DNA from: Verrucomicrobiales bacterium
GTDB lineage: Bacteria; Verrucomicrobiota; Verrucomicrobiia; Verrucomicrobiales; DEV007
NCBI GenBank assembly: GCA_965204485.1
Contig: CBDBEZ010000134.1
Span: 46,826-110,825 of the forward strand
Direction of reading: 5' to 3'
Length of the DNA: 64,000 nt
Below, piece after piece: positions 58,402-64,000 of this stretch. Each line of letters begins with the position of its first letter. Position 1 is the stretch's first letter. The notes below the pieces were generated by a model. It had not been told where the DNA came from. It did no database searches and saw only the letters and a program-made list of their open reading frames with translations. The position numbers were made by a program, and so were the translations under genes.

Positions 58402-59688
58402 ATGCCCAAGGTCCCGATCATCATGCCCCAACTGGGGGAGTCCATCGCGGAAGCCACCGTCGTCGACATCCAGGTCCGGCCCGGCGACACCGTGACCGCC
58501 GATCAGGAAATCATCGAGGTCGAGACCGACAAGGCCATCATGAGCGTCACCACGCCCTGCAATGGAGTCATTGATAGGGTCGCCGCCGAGGTGGATGTCA
58601 GTTATGCGGTGGGCGCCACCTTGGGATACCTCACCGTCAGCGAGAAGGATGCGGGCCGGCTGGGGCTGGCCTCTCCGCCTTCCGAAGCTTCCGCCGGGGC
58701 GGGAGGCCCCGAGGAGAAAGCCGCGTCGGCCTCCGCGAGCAAGGCGTCCGCCGCCGAGCCGGACACGGCCGGGATCCATTTCCGGGTGGCCGACGACGCG
58801 GTCCCGCAGGCCGATGACGAAAAGCCGCAGCCCACTGTCAAACCGACCATCGAAGGCCTTCCCGTCCCGGCCAAGGCAACCGGCGCCAGCTATCTCTCGC
58901 CGCGGCTCAAAGCCCGCATGCTCGAGCTGGGACTCAACAAGGCCGACCTGGCTGGAGTGGCTGGCAGTGGAGCCGGTGGCCGGGTCACCGTGACCGACTT
59001 CGAAAACTTCGTCGCCGAACTCGAGCGCAACAAGATGACGCCCGCATCCCCGATGCGCATCGCCGTGGCCGACTCGATGCGACGGAGCTGGACGCGCCCT
59101 CTCGCCACGGTGGGTTCCCCCGTGGAAATGGACGCCCTGCTCGAGCATCGCCGGACCGCGCAGCAGAAACCCGGCCCCGCGCTCTACCTGATCCGCGCCC
59201 TGGCCATTGCGCTGGCCGAGAACACCGCAGTCGCCGGGCGCCTCGTGGGCTCCCAGATCGTCCATCCCAAAGCCGTCGACATTGGCTTCGCGGTGGAGGT
59301 CGACGACGGCGTCCTGGTTCCCGTCATTCGCGAGGTCGATCGCCGACGGCTCGAAACACTCGTCCCCATCTATGACCGCCTCGTCGAACAGGCTCGCGAG
59401 CGCAAGCTACCGTCAGAAGCCACCGGCGCGGGAATCGCCACGGTCACCAATTTCGGCAGTTTCGGCATCGTCTGGGCCACCCCCATCCCGCTTCCAGAGC
59501 AGAACCTGGTGCTGGGAGTCGGACGCGGCCGGAAACAGCCCGTCTGGGATGAGGAAAAAGGCGCCTTCATTCCGGTCACGGAGGCGGCCCTGACTCTCAG
59601 CTTCGATCACCGGGTGCTGGACGGCGGCGCCGCCGGCCGGCTGCTCAGCCGTGTGGCCTCTCTCCTGCAGAAGCCGGAGGATCTGTAG
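58402..59688 (+). CDS. 2-oxoacid dehydrogenase E2 component (dihydrolipoamide acyltransferase), no E1 or E3 nearby
   Basis: Lipoyl domain (..EVETDKAIMSV..), peripheral-subunit-binding domain (SPRLKARMLELGLNKADLAGVAGSGAGGRVT) and catalytic ..LSFDHRVLDGGAAGRLL. Start taken at MPKVPIIMPQLGES. Confidence 0.85.
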   Translation: MPKVPIIMPQLGESIAEATVVDIQVRPGDTVTADQEIIEVETDKAIMSVTTPCNGVIDRVAAEVDVSYAVGATLGYLTVSEKDAGRLGLASPPSEASAGAGGPEEKAASASASKASAAEPDTAGIHFRVADDAVPQADDEKPQPTVKPTIEGLPVPAKATGASYLSPRLKARMLELGLNKADLAGVAGSGAGGRVTVTDFENFVAELERNKMTPASPMRIAVADSMRRSWTRPLATVGSPVEMDALLEHRRTAQQKPGPALYLIRALAIALAENTAVAGRLVGSQIVHPKAVDIGFAVEVDDGVLVPVIREVDRRRLETLVPIYDRLVEQARERKLPSEATGAGIATVTNFGSFGIVWATPIPLPEQNLVLGVGRGRKQPVWDEEKGAFIPVTEAALTLSFDHRVLDGGAAGRLLSRVASLLQKPEDL

Positions 59689-59780
59689 ACCGTCCGCGTT
59701 TCTCCCGGTCCCTCAGTTCACTGCATCGCCTCCACGGCGGCGCGAGCTTCCGGCCCATCCGCCCGCCCGCCTACCTTCCC

Positions 59781-60071
59781 TCAGGCCACCAGGGCATCGA
59801 TCTCCTTCGCCAGGCGAAAATCATTCGCCGTCAGGCCGCCGGCACTGTGGGTGGTCAGGGAAAAGGTCACCTCGGTCCAGCGGATATCGATGTCGGGATG
59901 GTGCCCGTGGTCCTCCGCCAGTTCGGCGACGTCCCGGACCAGATCGATCCCATCCATGAAGGCCTCACACTTGATGGCCCGCTGAATTCGCTTCCCCGGG
60001 AGGTCGTGTTTCCAATTCGGCACCTCACGTAAAGCGCGGTCGAGTTCTTCTTCGGAAAGGGTGGTCGGCAT
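59781..60071 (-). CDS. phhB: 4a-hydroxytetrahydrobiopterin dehydratase (pterin-4-alpha-carbinolamine dehydratase)
   Basis: 96 aa with ..EDHGHHPDIDIRWTEVTFSLTTHSAGGLTANDF.. characteristic of PCD/DCoH. Confidence 0.85.
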   Translation of the reverse strand: MPTTLSEEELDRALREVPNWKHDLPGKRIQRAIKCEAFMDGIDLVRDVAELAEDHGHHPDIDIRWTEVTFSLTTHSAGGLTANDFRLAKEIDALVA

Positions 60072-60253
60072 CCCTCAGCTAAAACATCCGGCCGGGCAAG
60101 AGTCCAAGGGAAATTCGCCGTCGAAACCCGGAGGACACCTCCATGAATCTGGTTGCAGGGCCCAGACCACTAAGCTAATAGGTCCGGTCCCGCCGCCCGC
60201 CACGAGCAGGTGGACTTCCATCCCCGTCTCAGACCCGCAGTAGCAGCAAAAAC

Positions 60254-61219
60254 ATGGCCAACGAACCCGATCCGGCACCGAGCCCGAACCCCTCCCAAGT
60301 CCCCGTCGCAACGATCGAGCACGACAATTCTCAGGTCGAAGACTTCCTTGAGCAGCACAAGAGCAAGCTCATCCTCGCGGGCGTGGCGGTCCTGGTGGCG
60401 GTGGTTGCCTGGGTCGGCATCAAATTCGCCAAGGAATCCGGTTTTTCCGAGGCTGCTGGCGCCCTCACGAGAGCGGAAACCATCGAGGAACTGCGCGGCG
60501 TGATCAAGGAATACCCCGACACCGTGTTCGCCGGCACCGCTTCCCTGTTCATCATCGGTCAGTTGCAAGAGGAAGAGAAGGCCGACGAGGCCTACACCGC
60601 CTTGAAAGACTTCGTCGCTTCTCACCCCGACCATCCCCTCTATCCCAAGGGGCTCAGCGACCTTGGGCTCCAAGAGCATGTCAAAGGCGATCTGGAGGAG
60701 GCCGTCAGTCTCCTGCGGAAAGCCTCCACCCGCGAGGCGTTCATTGCCCACCCGGCGCTCTTGAGGCTGGGCGACGCCATCACGGCCCAGGGATTGGAGG
60801 CGATGCAGAACGGAGACGTGGAGACGGCCAAGTCGCTCTTCAGCGAGGCCCAAGTGGTCTATGAAAACCTTGAGGAGAGAGTGGGCGACGACCGCCATCT
60901 CGGCTCGGTGGCCAAGCAACGCCGCGAGCGGCTTCCCCATCTGAGCCTGCCGCCACTGTCTCCCGAAGAGGCCAAGGCTCAGGTGGAAACGACCACGCCC
61001 TCCAACGCCAGCGGTGGCGGAGAGAACAACCCCGCCGAGCCCGCCGCAGCCGAGCTCACGCCGCCCTCCCTGGAACTTGAAGAGATCGAGTTGCCGGAAG
61101 TCTCCGATTCCGAGGGCGATGCCGCAGAAGCCGCCCCCCCCCCCCTGGAGACCCTCCCGCCTCCCACCGAGGCGACGCTTCCGGCCGATGATGGCGGGGA
61201 GGGTGACGACGGAAACTGA
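60254..61219 (+). CDS. Hypothetical membrane-anchored helical (TPR-like) protein with an acidic Pro/Glu-rich tail
   Basis: 321 aa, TM segment LILAGVAVLVAVVAWVGI, helical repeat region, low-complexity tail containing the poly-C tract. Confidence 0.6.
   Translation: MANEPDPAPSPNPSQVPVATIEHDNSQVEDFLEQHKSKLILAGVAVLVAVVAWVGIKFAKESGFSEAAGALTRAETIEELRGVIKEYPDTVFAGTASLFIIGQLQEEEKADEAYTALKDFVASHPDHPLYPKGLSDLGLQEHVKGDLEEAVSLLRKASTREAFIAHPALLRLGDAITAQGLEAMQNGDVETAKSLFSEAQVVYENLEERVGDDRHLGSVAKQRRERLPHLSLPPLSPEEAKAQVETTTPSNASGGGENNPAEPAAAELTPPSLELEEIELPEVSDSEGDAAEAAPPPLETLPPPTEATLPADDGGEGDDGN
61134..61145. repeat. Homopolymeric C12 tract inside the 60254-61219 CDS
   Basis: Direct count: 12 consecutive C (encoding ..APPPL..). 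Confidence 0.95.
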
Positions 61220-61298
61220 TCCGGCACGATCCCGAAGCCTCGCCAACCTTTCCCGGTTGACGCCGCGCGGCCCTCGATTCCGATCGCCGCCCCAGCTC

Positions 61299-62219
61299 AT
61301 GCACATCCGAGACATCCTCGCCACGTATCGGACCACGTTCTCGTTTGAGTTCTTTCCTCCAAAAACCGCGGCGGCGGCGGAAACCCTCTACGCCACGATT
61401 GCCGAACTGGAGAGCTACAAGCCTTCTTTCGTCAGCGTTACCTACGGAGCCGGCGGCTCCACCCGAGAATTGACGCACGACCTCGTGGTTCGTCTGAAAA
61501 CCGAGTCCTCGCTGGATCCCATCCCGCATTTGACCTGTGTCTGCCATCAAGAGGAGGACATCTCGGAAATCCTCCAGCGCTACGCCAACGAGAGAATCGG
61601 CAACATCCTCGCTCTGGGGGGCGATCCTCCCCGGGATCTGAAAGACTACCGCCGGGAAGACGACGCCTTCCAACACGCCGCCGATCTCGTCCGCTTCATC
61701 CGCAAGTTCAACGAGTCGGGCGGGCACCCGGATTCCCGGGGATTCGGGATCGGCGTGGCAGGCTTTCCGGAAGGTCATCCCGCCACCCCCAACCGGGTGC
61801 GCGAAATGGACCATCTCAAGGCCAAGGTCGACGAGGGCGCCGACTACATCTGCACCCAGTTGTTCTTCGACAATCACGATTTTTTCGATTTCCGGGATCG
61901 CTGCCGCCTGGCCGGCATCGCCATCCCCGTCATCGCCGGCATCATGCCCATCACTTCCACGAAGGGGATGGAGCGAATGGCCGACCTGGCAGCCGGCGCC
62001 CGCTACCCCGCCAAGCTTCTCCGATCCATCCAGCGCTGCGGTCCGGACGCCGACGCCGTCCGCCGCGTGGGCATTCACTACGCCACGCAACAGTGCGCCC
62101 AGTTGATCGACGAGAACGTGGACGGTCTTCATTTCTACACGCTCAATCAATCCACCACCACACGGGAGATCTACGCCAATCTCGGCATCAAAGACTCCGA
62201 ATTTCTCAAGATCGGTTGA
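61299..62219 (+). CDS. metF: Methylenetetrahydrofolate reductase
   Basis: MHIRDIL..FSFEFFPPKT.., VSVTYGAGGSTRE, ..GFPEGHP.., ADYICTQLFFD.., HFYTLNQS. The upstream open frame from 61014 is not coding-like for MetF. Confidence 0.9.
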   Translation: MHIRDILATYRTTFSFEFFPPKTAAAAETLYATIAELESYKPSFVSVTYGAGGSTRELTHDLVVRLKTESSLDPIPHLTCVCHQEEDISEILQRYANERIGNILALGGDPPRDLKDYRREDDAFQHAADLVRFIRKFNESGGHPDSRGFGIGVAGFPEGHPATPNRVREMDHLKAKVDEGADYICTQLFFDNHDFFDFRDRCRLAGIAIPVIAGIMPITSTKGMERMADLAAGARYPAKLLRSIQRCGPDADAVRRVGIHYATQQCAQLIDENVDGLHFYTLNQSTTTREIYANLGIKDSEFLKIG

Positions 62220-62329
62220 GCCTGGAACCGGTGGTCTCCCGAAGAGTGCCAGGGGAAATTCATGATGACTCTTCGTCCCCGTCCCTGCTGACGATTGATT
62301 TTCGCGGCGCCCCCCTCTAAAGAGAGGCC

Positions 62330-63439
62330 ATGAGTCAACTCTGGGACCAAGCCAATCCACAGCTGCGCGATCTCGTCGCCTACGAGCCCGGCAAACCGAT
62401 CGACGAGGTTGCCCGGGATCTCGGCCTGAACCCTAACGACATCGTCAAGCTGGTATCCAACGAGAACCCCCTCGGACCGTCTCCCAGGGCGGTGGAGGCC
62501 ATGACGCGAGCCCTTGCAATAGCCCAACTCTATCCCGACGGCGGCGGCTATGCCCTGCGGGAGGCGGTCGCCGAAAAGAACGGTCTAGCCCGCGAGAACG
62601 TCATTCTCGGCAACGGTTCCAACGAGATCATTGAGTTCATCGGTCACGCCTTTCTCCAGCCCGGCGACTCGATCATCGCCGCCGAGCACGCCTTCGTCGT
62701 CTACAAGCTGATGGCCACCCTCTTCGGCGCGGAAACCATCGAAGTGCCCGACCCCGGTTTCTTTCACGACCTGGACGCCATGGCCAAGGCCATTCGCCCC
62801 GACACCAAGGAAATCTTCATCGCCAATCCCAACAACCCCACCGGAACTCTGGTGAACCAGGACGCCATCGACCGGTTCATGGACCGCGTGCCGGAGCACG
62901 TCATCGTCGTCTTCGACGAAGCCTACTACGAGTTCCTCGAGGAGCCGCCCGACACCCTCAAGTTCGTGCGGGAAGGGCGGAACGTGGTCGCCATGCGCAC
63001 CTTCTCCAAGATTCAGGGGCTGGCCAGCCTGCGCATCGGTTATGGCCTGGGGCCGGCGCCGCTCATCGAGATCCTGCAAAAAACCCGCCAGCCGTTCAAC
63101 GCCAACGCGGTGGCTCAGGCGGGCGCCCTGGCCAGCTTGCTCGACGACGAACACCAGGAGAAGACCAAGCAGAACAACGCCGAGGGCCGGGATTATTTGC
63201 AAAAGACCTTTGAATCCCTCGGACTGCAATTCGTGCCTAGCCAAGCCAACTTCGTCCTCGTGAAGGTTGGCGACGGCGACGCTCTTTTCGCCGACTTGAT
63301 GAAAAAAGGGGTGATTGTCAGGGCGATGCGCGGCTACAAGCTGCCGGAATGGATCCGCGTTTCGGTGGGAACTCCCGCGGAGAACGAGCGTTTCGTGAAA
63401 GAACTCAAGGACTGGCTCGTCTCACATCAAGCCGGCTAG
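62330..63439 (+). CDS. hisC: Histidinol-phosphate aminotransferase
   Basis: ..VKLVSNENPLGPSP.., ..NPNNPTG.., ..RTFSKIQGLASLRIGY.. (PLP Lys context); 369 aa. Confidence 0.9.
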   Translation: MSQLWDQANPQLRDLVAYEPGKPIDEVARDLGLNPNDIVKLVSNENPLGPSPRAVEAMTRALAIAQLYPDGGGYALREAVAEKNGLARENVILGNGSNEIIEFIGHAFLQPGDSIIAAEHAFVVYKLMATLFGAETIEVPDPGFFHDLDAMAKAIRPDTKEIFIANPNNPTGTLVNQDAIDRFMDRVPEHVIVVFDEAYYEFLEEPPDTLKFVREGRNVVAMRTFSKIQGLASLRIGYGLGPAPLIEILQKTRQPFNANAVAQAGALASLLDDEHQEKTKQNNAEGRDYLQKTFESLGLQFVPSQANFVLVKVGDGDALFADLMKKGVIVRAMRGYKLPEWIRVSVGTPAENERFVKELKDWLVSHQAG

Positions 63440-63446
63440 CGCTTTC

Positions 63447-64000
63447 ATGTATCAGGGCGATACCATTGCCGCGATCTCCACCGCGCTCGGTGAGGGCGCC
63501 ATCGCCGTCATCCGCGTCTCCGGTCCCCAGGCCGCCTCCTTCGCCGGCCGGCTCTTCCACGGCCGAAACCTGGAGCGAGCCAAGCCTCGCATGGCTCACT
63601 TCGGCACTTTCGTTGATCTGTCAGGAAACGTGCTGGACCAGGGCCTCGCCACCGTTTTCCGCGGCCCCGCCAGCTATACCGGTGAGGATCTGGTGGAATT
63701 GAGCGGTCACGGCGGACGACTCGTGACCCGTGCCCTCTTCGACACCCTGCTGGAGGCCGGTTGCCGCCCCGCTGAGCCCGGCGAGTTCACCCAGCGCGCC
63801 TTTCTCAACGGCAAGATGGATCTCACCCAGGCGGAGGCGGTGATGGATCTCATCCAGGCCCAAACCTCGCTGGCGCTGAGAGCCGCCAACGAACAGCTTC
63901 GCGGAGATCTGGGCGAGGCGATGCAGACCCTCCGCGAGGCGCTGATCGGCATCGCCGCCCACGTCGAGGCCTACATCGATTTCCCCGAGGAAGACATCGA
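63447..64000 (+). CDS. mnmE: tRNA modification GTPase MnmE (TrmE), 5' part, continues beyond the window
   Basis: My own translation from the ATG at 63447: MYQGDTIAAISTALGEGAIAVIRVSGPQ..FRGPASYTGEDLVELSGHGG..PGEFTQRAFLNGKMDLTQAEAVMDLI. Absent from the ORF track because there is no stop in the window. Confidence 0.88.
   Translation, partial: MYQGDTIAAISTALGEGAIAVIRVSGPQAASFAGRLFHGRNLERAKPRMAHFGTFVDLSGNVLDQGLATVFRGPASYTGEDLVELSGHGGRLVTRALFDTLLEAGCRPAEPGEFTQRAFLNGKMDLTQAEAVMDLIQAQTSLALRAANEQLRGDLGEAMQTLREALIGIAAHVEAYIDFPEEDI

Noticed and set aside
61056-62360. 434-aa minus-strand ORF, plus the similar long antisense ORFs at 60170-61336, 41331-42116, 58354-59265, 26727-27740 and 39789-40526
   Set aside because: All are antisense to well-supported genes (metF, the helical protein, lpxD, E2, the serine hydrolase, bamA). 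All have Arg/Gly/Pro-rich shadow-frame composition and no motifs.
1-64000. tRNA, rRNA, tmRNA, CRISPR arrays, integrons, prophage or defence-system gene sets
   Set aside because: Reading the intergenic regions by eye, I found no cloverleaf-like or rRNA-like sequence, no repeat-spacer array, and no recognisable defence or phage gene motifs. A tRNAscan, Infernal or defence-finder run would be needed to exclude small RNAs.

Overview
This is GC-rich (about 60%) bacterial chromosomal DNA from a diderm organism, shown by a bamA-skp-lpxD cluster. I could not assign a taxon by eye.

**Overall composition.** Roughly half of the window (about 34 of 64 kb) is insertion-sequence material from at least 13 element types. 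Window-local names are used below:
- IS-A: IS4 family with the YREK motif; makes 10-bp target-site duplications (TSDs).
- IS-B: unclassified two-gene DDE element (DUF6788-like orfA plus a 400-aa transposase); 9-bp TSD.
- IS-C: IS1380 family; 4-bp TSD.
- IS-D: single-ORF IS66 family.
- IS-E: IS256 family; 9-bp TSD.
- IS-F: fragment of a second IS256-like lineage.
- IS-G: IS3 family.
- IS-H: IS701/IS4-like 481-aa DDE transposase with a small divergent ORF; 7-bp TSD.
- Remnants of ISAzo13-, ISKra4-, IS630- and IS1182-like elements.
- A roughly 288-bp MITE-like element.

The elements are heavily nested (IS inside IS inside IS). Many boundaries could be fixed exactly from terminal inverted repeats plus target-site duplications.

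**Housekeeping islands between the IS blocks.**
- 3.1-5.9 kb: serA plus a phosphopantetheinyl transferase (PPTase) pseudogene.
- 22.7-33.3 kb: a modF-like ABC ATPase, a DUF3127 gene, a serine-hydrolase lipoprotein, cinA, rsfS, a NamZ-like gene and nagZ.
- 38.2-46.8 kb: bamA, skp, lpxD, a 649-aa hypothetical and a LamG surface protein truncated by IS-B.
- 57.0-64.0 kb: an esterase, a lone E2 acyltransferase, phhB, an anchored helical protein, metF, hisC and the 5' part of mnmE.

I saw no rRNA, tRNA or CRISPR array.

**Most interesting signals.**
- The MITE sits in two genes.
- IS-B has an unusual two-gene architecture, a hairpin that occludes the transposase Shine-Dalgarno sequence, and a tandem right-end/9-bp/left-end junction.
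- A similar small DUF6788-like ORF occurs in the unrelated IS-H.
- IS-A has repeatedly hit one 10-bp palindrome inside IS-B.
- The two halves of one IS-A target duplication lie 19.6 kb apart, implying a large rearrangement or a misjoin.
- IS-H has inserted into IS-H.
- In-frame tandem-repeat expansions occur inside IS-encoded proteins.

I did not find a clear non-IS novel system such as a defence or secretion locus. All family assignments rest on motif recognition by eye, not on database searches.
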